From Planctomycetales bacterium (lineage in GTDB: Bacteria; Planctomycetota; Planctomycetia; Pirellulales; Lacipirellulaceae), in the NCBI GenBank assembly GCA_020427155.1, contig JAGQOW010000012.1:149-64148 (forward strand): a stretch of DNA of 64,000 bases, read 5' to 3'. The first letter of the stretch is position 1. Each line of letters opens with the position of its first letter. The notes beneath the pieces were generated by a model. It saw only the letters and a list, made by a program, of their open reading frames with translations. It searched no databases and was not told the DNA's origin. Shown here piece after piece: positions 1-11,659 of the stretch. The translations under genes were made by a program, and so were the position numbers.

Positions 1-276
1 TCGCTCCCGACCCTGGGCGTGCAGCTACACCTCGAATACTTCGAATTGATGCGCCACATCTCGCTGATCGCCAGCGGCGCCGACCAGAACCTCGCGGGCT
101 GGCGTCAACTTACCAACCAACTCTACCAACGGCTGCAACCGCTGCGCGTCGCGCCCAATCCCCGCGCGCTCGGCCTGATCCTGTTTGCCCTGATCCTGCT
201 CGCCACGAGCACCACCCACATGCTCGTCCACCCCCAACACCTGGCCCAAGCCATGCAGGAAATGCTGACGTACTGA
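1..276 (+). CDS. 3' part of a hypothetical membrane protein (runs in from before the window)
   Basis: Frame open from base 1 to TGA at 274-276; C-rich codon usage like other + strand genes; one C-terminal hydrophobic segment (LGLILFALILLATST). Confidence 0.6.
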   Translation, partial: SLPTLGVQLHLEYFELMRHISLIASGADQNLAGWRQLTNQLYQRLQPLRVAPNPRALGLILFALILLATSTTHMLVHPQHLAQAMQEMLTY

Positions 277-346
277 GCGGCGCGGATCAACAGAGCAACT
301 TCAAGCCAACCGTTTCGCTATTTTCAATAGTAGAGCAACAATTGCC

Positions 347-661
347 TCAGCCGGTCGGCTGTTCTTCCAGCACATGGAACACCACGCGAAAGGCTTGGTA
401 GCCTGCTGCCAGTTTTTCGGCGTAGAGCGTGTGCAGTTCTTCGCGCAGCGCGTCGGCTGTCGCAAAACCGTCGGGCACGGCGTCGGCGTCGGTCAGGTCT
501 TCCAGGTTGACCGGCTCGACGCGCTCGATGCGAATGTAGCCGATGCCGGGGATGTAGCTCCGCTGGCCGGCGCGCATCATCCGCCATCGCCAAAGTCGGA
601 TCGTCTGCGTCTTCTCGCCGCGGCGGATGGCTTCGAGAAACTTCTTTTTGAAAAGCAACAT
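347..661 (-). CDS. ASCH (PUA-like) domain protein
   Basis: F..AI..GEKTQTIR signature (GxKxxTxR) and later DLT..DA..DGF, typical of ASCH/YqfB-like proteins; ATG at 661 chosen (ORF track start 670). Confidence 0.85.
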   Translation of the reverse strand: MLLFKKKFLEAIRRGEKTQTIRLWRWRMMRAGQRSYIPGIGYIRIERVEPVNLEDLTDADAVPDGFATADALREELHTLYAEKLAAGYQAFRVVFHVLEEQPTG

Positions 662-996
662 GCAACCCATGGTAACAGGTTATCTCGTAGCGGTGCAGAA
701 ACGCTGCAGGCCCTCGCCGTGCCAGAGGCGCGTCGCGGACGAGTGTGAGACCCGCGTCGGCCCTGCTATTGCCCATTTCGCTCTCACAGGTGCGCTCTCA
801 ATGGTCCTGTACCACCGCCGCAGTTCGCTACCTCCAATCGAGTTGCCGATTGTGGCGGCAGCTCATTCGCTGCGCAAGGACCCAGAGATTGCCTGCGAAA
901 GCTGACCGACCCGGCTGCCAAACGGGCCCCCCGTATCAGGCCCCCAAAACGAGTCCCCAGTCGGCTGGCAGTCGCCCGATTGGGCTGAGAGTCCCC

Positions 997-1024
997 TTGC
1001 GTGCCCCCGCGACAGACCTATAAT
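997..1024 (+). promoter_or_regulatory. sigma-70-type promoter for tRNA-Gly/tig
   Basis: TTGCGT-N16-TATAAT upstream of the tRNA. Confidence 0.6.
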
Positions 1025-1137
1025 TCTGGGACCTCTCACCTAGTTGCCGATCGCTTGCGCGCGGCCGTTGCCGTGCTGCCAGCGGCCTGAGGACACGGGT
1101 GACGAGGTAGCTTCGCAGCCAGCTGCGGTGCTGAAGT

Positions 1138-1210
1138 GCGGGTGTAGCTCAGTTGGTAGAGCACAACGTTGCCAACGTTGTTGTCGTGGGTTCGAATCCC
1201 ATCACCCGCT
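1138..1210 (+). tRNA. tRNA-Gly (anticodon GCC), CCA not encoded
   Basis: Full cloverleaf: acceptor GCGGGTG/CACCCGC, D-arm GCTC/GAGC, anticodon stem CAACG/CGTTG with GCC at 1171-1173, T-loop TTCGAAT, discriminator U. Confidence 0.97.
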
Positions 1211-1360
1211 CTTAAGAGGTATTCCACATTTTCAGTTGTTCGCTTGATTCGGCCGGCAAAGTGTGACCGCGCCTGTGGCCTGCTCGGCACTTTCCCCAGG
1301 CAGGTCGGTAGAACACGACCGGCCTCCCGCGGGCCATCTAGAACCCCAGGTTACGAGTCC

Positions 1361-2863
1361 ATGGCAGCCGACGAATTAGACGAGGTAACTTCCGACAACC
1401 CTGCAAGCGACGACGCAGACGAAATCGCGGGCCCCGAAAAGCTCAACCTCCAGGTCCAAGTCGAAAGCCCCAGTGCTTGCGAACGTCATGTGACCGTCAC
1501 CATCTCGCGTGAAGATATCGATCGATACTTCGATACCGCGTTTACCGATCTGATGCCGACGGCCAGCGTACCCGGCTTTCGCATTGGTCGTGCTCCGCGC
1601 AAGCTCGTTGAGTCGCGCCACAAGAAGGACATAGGCGAACAGATCAAAGGCTCGCTGTTAATGGACAGCCTGGGCCAGATTAGCGAAGAAAAGCAGTTCG
1701 TCGCCATTAGCGAGCCCGAGTTGAACCTCGATGCGGTCGAGGTTCCGGAAGAAGGGCCCATGACCTTTGAGTTCGATATCGAGGTTCGCCCCGACTTCGA
1801 CTTGCCCAAGTGGAAAGGTCTGAAGCTCAACCGGCCGGTTCGCGACTTCACCGATGAAGACGTCGATCAGCAACTGGAGAAAATGCTCACTCGCTATGGC
1901 CAACTGGTCCCCCACGAAGGGGCTGCCGGCGAGGGGGACTACTTGACCGCCAACATTGTTTCCAGTTGCGATGGCGAGCAAGTCGATCGCGATGAAGAGC
2001 GCGTATTCAGAATTCGGCCGACTCTAAGCTTCCGCGATGGCCAGCTGGAGGGCTTCGACAAGCTGGTCGAAGGCGCAAAAGCCGGCGATCGTCGCAGCGG
2101 AAAGGTCAAGCTCACCGAAGACGCCCCCAACGAATCGCTGCGGGGCAAGTCGGTGGATGTCGAGTTTGAGATTCTCGAAGTCAAGCGTCTGAAGCTGCCT
2201 GAGCTCACCGAAGAGTTTCTCGACGAAATGGGCGGCTTCGAAACGAAAGAAGAGCTCCGCAACGCGATTCGCGCCAACCTTGGCCGGCAGCTGGAATACG
2301 AGCAACAACGCAAGATTCGCGGCCAGATTACCGATTTGCTCACCCAAGCCGCCAACTGGGACTTGCCTCCTGGCCTGCTCAAGCGGCAAAGTGCTCGCGA
2401 GTTGGAACGGGCGATCATGGAACTGCGCCGCGCAGGCTTCAGCGAGGCCGAGATTCGCGTTCGCGAGAACCAGCTGCGTCAGAACAGCGCCGCCTCGACG
2501 GCCCAGGGGCTCAAAGAACACTTCATTCTCGAACGCATTGCCGAAGAAGCCGATATCGAGGCGGAAGAAGGCGATTTCGAAAAAGAGATATTCCTCATTG
2601 CAGCCCAAAGCGGTGAATCGCCGCGACGTGTTCGAGCTCAGATCGAAAAACGCGGCCTTATGGACGTTCTGCAGAATCAGATCCTCGAACGCAAGGTCCT
2701 CGAACTCGTGCAATCGGAAGCAAAGTTTAACGACCAACCCTACGACCCCGAGCCCCACAATGTTGAAGCCGTCCATTTGGCTGTCGGCGGCGGGGAAGGT
2801 GCTGCGTCGATTCACGATGCGACTGCGGATGAAGCTGCCGAAACTGCCGAGGCCGAGGCTTAG
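1361..2863 (+). CDS. tig: trigger factor
   Basis: Ribosome-binding motif VPGFRIGRAP, FKBP-like middle region, SurA-like C-terminus; adjacent to clpP. ATG 1361 chosen because the ORF-track start overlaps the tRNA. Confidence 0.95.
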   Translation: MAADELDEVTSDNPASDDADEIAGPEKLNLQVQVESPSACERHVTVTISREDIDRYFDTAFTDLMPTASVPGFRIGRAPRKLVESRHKKDIGEQIKGSLLMDSLGQISEEKQFVAISEPELNLDAVEVPEEGPMTFEFDIEVRPDFDLPKWKGLKLNRPVRDFTDEDVDQQLEKMLTRYGQLVPHEGAAGEGDYLTANIVSSCDGEQVDRDEERVFRIRPTLSFRDGQLEGFDKLVEGAKAGDRRSGKVKLTEDAPNESLRGKSVDVEFEILEVKRLKLPELTEEFLDEMGGFETKEELRNAIRANLGRQLEYEQQRKIRGQITDLLTQAANWDLPPGLLKRQSARELERAIMELRRAGFSEAEIRVRENQLRQNSAASTAQGLKEHFILERIAEEADIEAEEGDFEKEIFLIAAQSGESPRRVRAQIEKRGLMDVLQNQILERKVLELVQSEAKFNDQPYDPEPHNVEAVHLAVGGGEGAASIHDATADEAAETAEAEA

Positions 2864-2973
2864 TAGCATCATTCCTTGGACTGCAGCGATCGGCCGCGGA
2901 AGGATTTGCCACGCCCAGGCTTCGCTACCGACTAGTTGGTTTTAGCCAAGTATCTCCTTACAACGGATTGGAC

Positions 2974-3606
2974 ATGCACAACTTCGCCTCACTCCCGTTC
3001 GGCCCCGAAGCCATCTCTGCGATGCGAGACTACCAGCGACAGCGCCAAATGACGCTGGGCGACCTGCTGCTCGAAAATCGGGTGATCTTCCTGCAGGGCG
3101 AAATCTACGACGGCAATGCCAACGAACTGGTGATGAAACTCTTGTATCTCCAGAGCGAAAATCGTCGTAAAGATATCCATTTCTACATCAACTCGCCCGG
3201 TGGCAGCGTTACTTCCACGCTCGCTATCTACGACACCATGCAAATGATTTCCCCGCCGGTTGCCACGTACTGCGTTGGTCTGGCAGCAAGCGGCGGGGCG
3301 GTCCTGCTGGCCGGAGGGGCTGAAAAGAAACGGTATGCCCTGAAGAATTCCAAGATCATGATCCACCAGCCTCACGGCGGCGTCGGCGGACAGGTCTCGG
3401 ATATCGAAATCCAAGCCAATGAGATTCTCCGCACGCGCGCGACGCTTAACGAGATTCTTGCCGCTCATACGGGCAAGTCGGTCGAAGAAATCGGCAAAGC
3501 CTGCGATCGCGATTACTACATGACCGCTCCGGAAGCCATGGAATACGGCATCGTCGACGATATTCTGACCAAGCCGCCTGGCAACGAAGAAGAAGACGAA
3601 GACTAA
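2974..3606 (+). CDS. clpP: ATP-dependent Clp protease proteolytic subunit (paralog 1)
   Basis: YINSPGG, GLAASGG (Ser), MIHQP (His), DRD (Asp). Confidence 0.95.
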   Translation: MHNFASLPFGPEAISAMRDYQRQRQMTLGDLLLENRVIFLQGEIYDGNANELVMKLLYLQSENRRKDIHFYINSPGGSVTSTLAIYDTMQMISPPVATYCVGLAASGGAVLLAGGAEKKRYALKNSKIMIHQPHGGVGGQVSDIEIQANEILRTRATLNEILAAHTGKSVEEIGKACDRDYYMTAPEAMEYGIVDDILTKPPGNEEEDED

Positions 3607-3666
3607 GCAAACGAAGCTTAGCACTTCGACAAACCATTTTTCTCCAACCAATGGATTGATCCAGCC

Positions 3667-4254
3667 ATGTCGCTGATTCCCTACGTCATCGAAAAGTCGG
3701 GCCGCGAAGAGCGGGCCATGGATATCTATAGCCGGCTACTCAAGGACCGTATCGTGCTGATGGGGTCGGCCGTAAACGACGATGTTGCCAACAGCATCGT
3801 GGCCCAATTGTTGTTCCTGCAATCCGATGACCCCAAGGCAGACATCCACTTCTATATCAACTCGCCAGGAGGCAGCGTGACCGCAGGCATGGCCATCTAC
3901 GACACCATGCAGTTTGTCACCTGCGAAGTCGCCACCTATTGCATGGGTCAGGCGGCATCGATGGGCGCCTTGCTCCTCGCCGCAGGGGCCCAGGGCAAGC
4001 GCCACGCATTGCCCAACTCGCGAATCATGATTCACCAACCCTCCGCCGGTATGGAAGGCACCGCCGAGGATATTATGATTCATGCCTCCGAGTACAAGAA
4101 AACCAAAGACAAGCTCAACAAGATCCTCCTCGAACATACCGGCCAGACCTTAGAGCAGATCGAGCGAGACACCGACCGAGACAAGTTCATGTCTGCCGAA
4201 GAGGCCTGCGCGTATCGGCTCATCGACAAAGTCGTCTCAAAGATGGACAGCTAG
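3667..4254 (+). CDS. clpP: ATP-dependent Clp protease proteolytic subunit (paralog 2)
   Basis: [26 protein letters not shown]-terminus, YINSPGG, GQAASMG, MIHQP, DRD. Confidence 0.96.
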   Translation: MSLIPYVIEKSGREERAMDIYSRLLKDRIVLMGSAVNDDVANSIVAQLLFLQSDDPKADIHFYINSPGGSVTAGMAIYDTMQFVTCEVATYCMGQAASMGALLLAAGAQGKRHALPNSRIMIHQPSAGMEGTAEDIMIHASEYKKTKDKLNKILLEHTGQTLEQIERDTDRDKFMSAEEACAYRLIDKVVSKMDS

Positions 4255-4355
4255 CGAACGCGATAATGGCGAATGCTTTCAGCACCAAGCCGATTTCTGG
4301 CAATCGTCAATCGTGCTTCCTTCTTCCGCTCTGCTAGCAATCCGGCTCATCTCGC

Positions 4356-4384
4356 TTGACGCCAGGAGCTAGTTTTCCTATTTC
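4356..4384 (+). promoter_or_regulatory. possible sigma-70-type promoter
   Basis: TTGACG-N17-TATTTC; the -10 box is weak. Confidence 0.35.
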
Positions 4385-4487
4385 TTGCCGCCCAGCTTCC
4401 TGGGCTCTGGGTCCGTCCGATGCGGACGAAGCCTAGGTGCTCTTCAACTTCGTCCTGAAATGGCCGGGATTTTGGTCCCGCAGCGCA

Positions 4488-5909
4488 ATGTCTCCAGCGC
4501 CGACTACTTTGCGATCTTCTTCACTCAAGACGCTCGTTGTGCTATCCGGCCTCGTCGTCAGCTGCCTCTGCTGTTCGCTGGGGTGTCGCTCTGGCACAGA
4601 CAATCAAATTGACCTCCTTGAGCGCGAGCTTCGTACTCAGGAGAACTACATCTACGAACTCGAAGATTACGTCCTGGAGTACTCCGAAAAACTACGCCAG
4701 GCACGCTGCGTTCAACCCTATACGATTGAAACACGCTCGAAACCTAACGAGCCCGAGCTGGCTCCGAAACGAATTCCTCAAGGCACCGCAGAAGAGCGCA
4801 GCGCCGCAGAACCTTCGGATGAACTCCCCGAACCTCCTCAAGAACTACCCGAAGCAGATTCCGCCGAACCGATCTCGCCTGAGGACCTCGAGATCCCCGA
4901 GCTGGAAATCGACGACCCAGAGCCCCTCGGCCAACTCGAAGAAGAGTCGACTGAGCACTTGGCCCGAGAAGCGTTCGAAACTGGTGACGAAGTAGTCTAT
5001 TCGCCAGACGGATCGGTCGAATTGGTATCCGCAGCCGAAGAGCCCACGAACGAGCAGTACTCCAGCGAAGCCGAGTTTCTCGAACAGCTATTCGAAGAGG
5101 AGTCGTCCAACTCTCCGCCGCGGCTTGCCCAGCGATTGGTTATCACCAACGTCTTGCGAAGCGACAGTAGCGATGCGCCTCCCACGAGTTTGATGACCGT
5201 CATCGAAGCGCGAGATAACAACGACGAGCCGGTCGATCTCGATGGCAAGGTTTCGTTGATGATCATGACGGCCGATCCCGAGTCGCCGCAACGTTTGAAG
5301 CGCTGGGATTTCAGCGCCGACGAAACTGCTTCGGCCTGGCAAACCTCGCCGCTGGGCGACGGACTTCATCTCGAGCTACCGCTGGGTGAGTTCGAGGCGC
5401 CCGCAGAACCTGCCGAACTCTGGGTCCGCCTGGTCGACACCGACGGCCGAAAGCTCCTTTCCCAATTACCTTTGGAATGGGAGCAACTACTCTCGGTCGA
5501 AGGCGCCATGCAAAGGCAGTCGTCCGTCACTGACAACGAGGAACAGGTAGCGGAAGACGACGCGCGGCCACTCGTAAGGCAGCATACGGAAACAGCGCAG
5601 TTGGCAGAGGTGATGCCGTCTCGCATCGCAAAACGAGAGCAGAAGCCTCGCAACTCGGCTCCCAAATGGCGGGCTTCCATGCAACGCAGCCACGCGATCG
5701 ACGAGGGTTTTGCCACGACTTCTACTGCCTCCAGAAGTTGGACTCCACAACCCACAAGCGGCCGCGAAGCCCCTGCGACTCACAGTCAATTCTCCTCGAC
5801 CGTTCAACAGGCCTCTTCTTCAGCAAAGAAAGGCTCTGGCTCCGAGCCCAGTGTCGCAAACGGAAAACCGCGCTGGTCGCCGCCAAGCGCCAGTTCGACG
5901 CGGCGCTAA
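4488..5909 (+). CDS. hypothetical lipoprotein with coiled coil and acidic/Ser-rich low-complexity regions
   Basis: Hydrophobic signal ending SLGC (lipobox-like); coiled coil LERELRTQENYIYELEDY; folded central beta-rich domain. Confidence 0.75.
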   Translation: MSPAPTTLRSSSLKTLVVLSGLVVSCLCCSLGCRSGTDNQIDLLERELRTQENYIYELEDYVLEYSEKLRQARCVQPYTIETRSKPNEPELAPKRIPQGTAEERSAAEPSDELPEPPQELPEADSAEPISPEDLEIPELEIDDPEPLGQLEEESTEHLAREAFETGDEVVYSPDGSVELVSAAEEPTNEQYSSEAEFLEQLFEEESSNSPPRLAQRLVITNVLRSDSSDAPPTSLMTVIEARDNNDEPVDLDGKVSLMIMTADPESPQRLKRWDFSADETASAWQTSPLGDGLHLELPLGEFEAPAEPAELWVRLVDTDGRKLLSQLPLEWEQLLSVEGAMQRQSSVTDNEEQVAEDDARPLVRQHTETAQLAEVMPSRIAKREQKPRNSAPKWRASMQRSHAIDEGFATTSTASRSWTPQPTSGREAPATHSQFSSTVQQASSSAKKGSGSEPSVANGKPRWSPPSASSTRR

Positions 5910-5925
5910 ACTGCCCGCTGCAAAT

Positions 5926-5961
5926 AAAAAGGTGACCAGTGTGTTGCCCTGGCCACCTTTT
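5926..5961. terminator. bidirectional intrinsic terminator
   Basis: AAAAAGGTGACCAG-loop-CTGGCCACCTTTT between convergent genes, with A/T tails on both sides. Confidence 0.8.
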
Positions 5962-5990
5962 GCGTTCTACGAAACACTGGAACAGCTTGC

Positions 5991-7167
<1,177 letters not shown>

Positions 7168-7281
7168 GCACCTCCCAATGCTGTGACTGCACATTCAGAA
7201 TGTGGCTGTCGCGTGGCACAAACCTAGGGCCCCAGTGGGGCATCGCAGCTTTGCTGGCAGCGGCTTGCTGGTCCTAGGTGC

Positions 7282-8610
7282 TTACTTGTTCAATCGACTC
7301 GCTCCGTCAATCACAGTCTCGACAACGACTTCGCCTAACGATTCGCCGTAGAAACTCACACTCGCTTCATACCCGCCGCGGCGATACTCCTCGGCTGTCA
7401 GGATATAGCTAAGCCACACATCGGCCAATCCGCCTATCGTTACATGCTGCACTTGGGCTGCCTGTTTGGCTGCCGTCTTGATCTGCAAACCAAGTTCTGC
7501 GGTCATCTCGCCAGGAATCCCTACCACCATCCAGTCGCCTAATCGCAGAGAGACGCTCGCCGACTCAGCGGGAAACATCTTCGGCAACATCTCCTTCAGC
7601 ACCGCCTCGGTCAGCCCGTATTCGGCCCCACCAGTTTCCTTGAAACCCGGATGCCAAGTTCGCGGAGGTAGTTCGATTCGTTCCACACCGAAGTCGAAGA
7701 CGACATCCGAGCCCAACTCGGTACTCTTCCATAGTCGTTCTGCCTCGAGCGCCAACTCTACTCCGAACCGTTCGGCACGTTCCCAATGACTTGCACCAGC
7801 CAGCGGTCTGCTGACCGGCGATTGATCTCCTTCGGCCCCGTTGTAGAACATGGCAGTTGCCCCTTCGCCGATCACTGTTTCCAACGTTCGCTGCAAGTAG
7901 CCTGGCCATCCGGCAGAAAAGACCATCGTCTCGGCGCCCAAAAACGTAGGATGCGCCGTGAAGTTGACTAACACGGCGAGCGGTTTTCCCGTCACGGTGT
8001 CGATGCGCACGATGGTCAATTCGTCATCGGTAGTTCCGTCCCGAGTGCGACGATTGCGATTCCAACCTGGAATCTCCTGCGAGCTGACGCCTACTTTTAC
8101 CGGCGTCAGGGATTGCGCAGCGCTACGAATGACTGACACCAGATTGTTGATCGTCAGCTCGTAGAGCTCGGGGTTGTGGATGCCGATTTGCGGAATCTGA
8201 AACGTATTTAGAGGATTGATCGCATTCATCTCGATGCTGGCATGCGAGTGACTTGCCAGCAGCAGTAGCTGTTCAGCCGACCAACCTTCCGCTGCTAAGC
8301 GCTCGACGATCGCAGGCTTGATCGCTGGCGAAAAACCTAACAGGTCGGCTGTGACTAGGGCAAACTTTCGCTTGCCGTCCGATACCACCAGCGCCTTGGC
8401 AAAAATGCGATCATGCACTCCCTCGGCAGGACGATTCATTCGCTCGCCATAGCCACCCAACGGCGCATTCATTTCCAATGGCGGCGTCAGGTCGATCCTC
8501 GCCACACCCGCCGACAACTCTGCTCCAATCACACTGCCACAGGCAATAGCCAAGGTGCTAAACCAGGCGCCTGAGACAAGTGCGGTCGTCCTTAGCCAAT
8601 GCATCTCCAA
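7282..8610 (-). CDS. exported neutral/alkaline ceramidase-like Zn hydrolase
   Basis: Signal peptide; G.A.IDLTP, ASHSHAS, NFTAHP, GAEGD, PGE and GGYE motifs of the ceramidase-like family. Confidence 0.8.
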   Translation of the reverse strand: MEMHWLRTTALVSGAWFSTLAIACGSVIGAELSAGVARIDLTPPLEMNAPLGGYGERMNRPAEGVHDRIFAKALVVSDGKRKFALVTADLLGFSPAIKPAIVERLAAEGWSAEQLLLLASHSHASIEMNAINPLNTFQIPQIGIHNPELYELTINNLVSVIRSAAQSLTPVKVGVSSQEIPGWNRNRRTRDGTTDDELTIVRIDTVTGKPLAVLVNFTAHPTFLGAETMVFSAGWPGYLQRTLETVIGEGATAMFYNGAEGDQSPVSRPLAGASHWERAERFGVELALEAERLWKSTELGSDVVFDFGVERIELPPRTWHPGFKETGGAEYGLTEAVLKEMLPKMFPAESASVSLRLGDWMVVGIPGEMTAELGLQIKTAAKQAAQVQHVTIGGLADVWLSYILTAEEYRRGGYEASVSFYGESLGEVVVETVIDGASRLNK

Positions 8611-8662
8611 TCGCCTCCATTAAATTAAATCCCGGGATCGAATCCAGCCAAGCTGCGAGCGC

Positions 8663-10069
8663 TCATTCGGCCTTTGTCAGCAGCACCACCCAGTATCCTT
8701 CTCCTGGAGACTCCAGCACCACCTTTGCACTCCCGGCGACCGGCTCCGCTTCTGTCCAGCGACTCTGAGCAATATCGAGCCACTTCCGCGCAAACGACCC
8801 GGCAGCTTCCGTGAGGTCGAGTTCGACCGATCCTCCAGCCGGAAAAAACAACGCGTATTGTTCACCCGCTACGCGCGTCAGATAGGCCTCGTTGGCTTCG
8901 CGGCCTGACAGCAACTCACTGGATGAGTCTGGCTGGCTGCGAAAAATGTCCAACTCTGCCGTCAGCATTCGCGCGCTCTTCAGATGGGCAATCGCAGGCT
9001 CGCTAAGCCCCAAGCCTGCCGTCGGACGATGAAACCTGCTCGATGCGGCGCCGCCAATCACGTTGCGCCAAAACCGCTCGAGCCCATCTCGGCTGTTCCC
9101 AAACGGGCCCGTGTCGGCTCCGTAAATCTTCACGTTGTTCATCGGCCGTGGGCTCTGGGCAATTCGGCTACGCTGTCGCTGCGCGTTGTCCCAGTGTTTC
9201 TGTCCCTTTTGATGATTGTTCTGCGAAATATCTACGAACGAGTAGATCTCGGGATGATCGAATGTCGCACTGTGATGGGCGTGATCCAGGTCCCACGAAT
9301 CCCACATTTCGGTTGTCTGGACAACTTTGCCTTGCTGCTGGGCTTGTTGCCGAATGTAAGTCGCCCAATAAGCGCCCCACTCCGGCGAACCGCTCGTTTC
9401 GTTATCCATGCAGTACAGCACGTGGGGATAATTCAAGGAATACGACAGCATCTTGTCGATCTTGGCCCGTTGGTACTTAAGCACGATCTCATTGTTCTTT
9501 AGCGCCGGCACCGTGTAGAAGAACGGATTCTCGTTAGCGCCTGGATGCTTCCGGTAGGTCTTTCTGAGTCCCGACTCTTTGTGGTTGTATTGGATATTGT
9601 TCTGCGGATTAAATGGGTGCTGCAGCCAGTTCTCTCGCTTGAGGTCGGAGTAGTCAAAACGGTCCCAGACTTCAATCTGCACCACGATGTCGCGTTCGTA
9701 GGTCCATTGCAGCATCCGCTCAAAGCGATTCCAGTACTCGTCGTTAAAACGCTCGAGGTCGAACTTGCCGTCCTCGCGTTTCGCAAACTCGGTAACTTCA
9801 AATCCCTTGTCAGGCCGATCGCTCATCACATTGCGAATGTAGTTGCCACCCGCTTGCTTGATCTCGTCCAGATGACGCTCTAACTCCGGCAATTGAAAAA
9901 GGTTGTCGTCCAGACTTCCGCCCAGCAGCAGCACCGGTTGCCCCTTGTACTGCCAGTAGTAGGGATTCTCGGTGTAGGGCTGGATCGGGACATCGGCAGC
10001 ACTGCCCAACCGCGCTACCAACCACGCCATACCGACGAACAGGACCATTCGCATCGCGACAAACTCCAT
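8663..10069 (-). CDS. exported glycoside-hydrolase-like protein (clan GH-A-like barrel plus C-terminal putative collagen-binding-type beta domain)
   Basis: Signal peptide; GGNYIRN, FDL..FNDEYW.R, MDNE acid/base-like motif; C-terminal YALFFPAGGSVELDL...W.D domain. Confidence 0.65.
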   Translation of the reverse strand: MEFVAMRMVLFVGMAWLVARLGSAADVPIQPYTENPYYWQYKGQPVLLLGGSLDDNLFQLPELERHLDEIKQAGGNYIRNVMSDRPDKGFEVTEFAKREDGKFDLERFNDEYWNRFERMLQWTYERDIVVQIEVWDRFDYSDLKRENWLQHPFNPQNNIQYNHKESGLRKTYRKHPGANENPFFYTVPALKNNEIVLKYQRAKIDKMLSYSLNYPHVLYCMDNETSGSPEWGAYWATYIRQQAQQQGKVVQTTEMWDSWDLDHAHHSATFDHPEIYSFVDISQNNHQKGQKHWDNAQRQRSRIAQSPRPMNNVKIYGADTGPFGNSRDGLERFWRNVIGGAASSRFHRPTAGLGLSEPAIAHLKSARMLTAELDIFRSQPDSSSELLSGREANEAYLTRVAGEQYALFFPAGGSVELDLTEAAGSFARKWLDIAQSRWTEAEPVAGSAKVVLESPGEGYWVVLLTKAE

Positions 10070-10189
10070 AGGGACCCAAGATTCTGCTCAGCTTGCCTAC
10101 CAGTCTACCAATCTCCAAAGTCCCCCGCAGGAACCTCTGCAATCTCGGCCTCGTTGACTACCGGCTAGCACGTCGGCTAGTCTGCATCC

Positions 10190-11014
10190 ATGGCCGACGC
10201 CCCTCCCCCCAAAGAATCGCCTCGTCAGAAGCGCATCACCGTCCCGCAGTTTACTGCTTTCAAGCAAGCTGCGCAGAAAATCACGATGGTCACTGCTTAC
10301 GACTATCCCCTGGCCCGACTCGTAGACGAAGCCGGCGTCGAAGGCGTCCTCGTCGGCGACAGCATGTCGATGGTCGTCCAAGGGCACGAGAACACGCTAC
10401 CCGTAACGCTCGATGAGATCATCTATCACGCCGAAATGGTCGGCCGCGCCATCGACCGCGCCCTCGTGATCGTCGACATGCCTTTCCCCAGCTACCACTT
10501 GGGCAAGCACAAGGCGATCGAAAACGCTGGCCGAATCCTCAAGAAGACGCGCTGCCAGGCGGTCAAGCTCGAAGGCGGCGCCGATCAGGCCGAGACGATC
10601 CAGGCACTCGTCTCCGCCGGCATCCCTGTGATGGCCCACTGCGGGCTGCGCCCTCAAAGCGTTCACCAGCAGGGCGGCTATCGCGTGCAGCGCGACGAAA
10701 ACGCGCTGCTGAACGACGCCCGCGCGGCCACTGAAGCCGGCGCTTTCGCAGTCGTCCTCGAATGTGTTCCCAGCAACATCGCCAAGCGGATCACTGAACA
10801 TGTCGAGATCCCCACCATCGGCATCGGCGCTGGCCCGGCCTGCGACGGCCAGGTGCTCGTCCTTCACGACATCCTCGGCCTCACCTGCGACTACGTCCCC
10901 CGCTTCGTCAAAGCTTACGCCGACCTGAAAACCGAAATCCCCAATGCGATAAGCCGCTTTCGCGATGAAGTACGCAGCGGTCAGTTTCCAGCTGCAGAGC
11001 ACGGGTACAAGTAG
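10190..11014 (+). CDS. panB: 3-methyl-2-oxobutanoate hydroxymethyltransferase
   Basis: TAYDY, LVGDS, DMPF, VKLEGG, PTIGIGAG, DGQVLV. Confidence 0.97.
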   Translation: MADAPPPKESPRQKRITVPQFTAFKQAAQKITMVTAYDYPLARLVDEAGVEGVLVGDSMSMVVQGHENTLPVTLDEIIYHAEMVGRAIDRALVIVDMPFPSYHLGKHKAIENAGRILKKTRCQAVKLEGGADQAETIQALVSAGIPVMAHCGLRPQSVHQQGGYRVQRDENALLNDARAATEAGAFAVVLECVPSNIAKRITEHVEIPTIGIGAGPACDGQVLVLHDILGLTCDYVPRFVKAYADLKTEIPNAISRFRDEVRSGQFPAAEHGYK

Positions 11015-11028
11015 GCTCAGCTGCTCCT

Positions 11029-11457
11029 TTAGCGATGCAGCTGGCAAGCTTCGTCGTCACAAACTCCCATGCCGCTCAGCCGATACCGATTCCGTGCTAC
11101 CCAGCGATACAACGGTCGCCACAAAAACATGCTCCCGGGAAAGTGCATCAGCGGCGCCAGCCACCACAGCCGGCGCAGCCTAAGTGTCAGATAGCGAATC
11201 GCTTCCGGACCCCAGTGCCAATTGCCCAAGCGATCGACCAGGCACATCTCTTGCATCAACCGCTCGGCCGACATCTCCGGCCAGCGCTCGGCAACCTCGG
11301 CGTCGTGCAACGAAAGATAACTGAGTCGCTGCTGGCAATCCCACCACGGTAGCTTGCTGACCTGGGCCGTGCAAATACGGCAGTTGCCGTCGTAGATCAC
11401 CACATCGGCATCAGGCCGATCGGCAGGCAAGGGCAGGGCAGTAGTGTTCTCGGTCAT
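11029..11457 (-). CDS. DCC family (DUF393) thiol-disulfide oxidoreductase
   Basis: VIYDGNCRIC (DxxCxxC) and C-terminal Y.WVARNRYR. Confidence 0.9.
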   Translation of the reverse strand: MTENTTALPLPADRPDADVVIYDGNCRICTAQVSKLPWWDCQQRLSYLSLHDAEVAERWPEMSAERLMQEMCLVDRLGNWHWGPEAIRYLTLRLRRLWWLAPLMHFPGSMFLWRPLYRWVARNRYRLSGMGVCDDEACQLHR

Positions 11458-11659
11458 AGTCGTGCTGGAAGCCGGTCAAACGGGGCCTACATAGGCTCAG
11501 GGATTGCTGTTTCCGAGCCTTGCCACACTATTATCCGTCATCTCCTCCCCAAGTTTAACCCAATTAAACCCGCAACTAGCCCTTCTGGCGTGACTCCCTT
11601 GCCACATACCGATAGAATACGGGCAGGATATCCTCCATCTTAACCCAGGAACTTTGGCC

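Noticed and set aside
1169-1360. N-terminal extension of tig in the ORF track
   Set aside because: It overlaps the tRNA; the ATG at 1361 gives a normal trigger factor.
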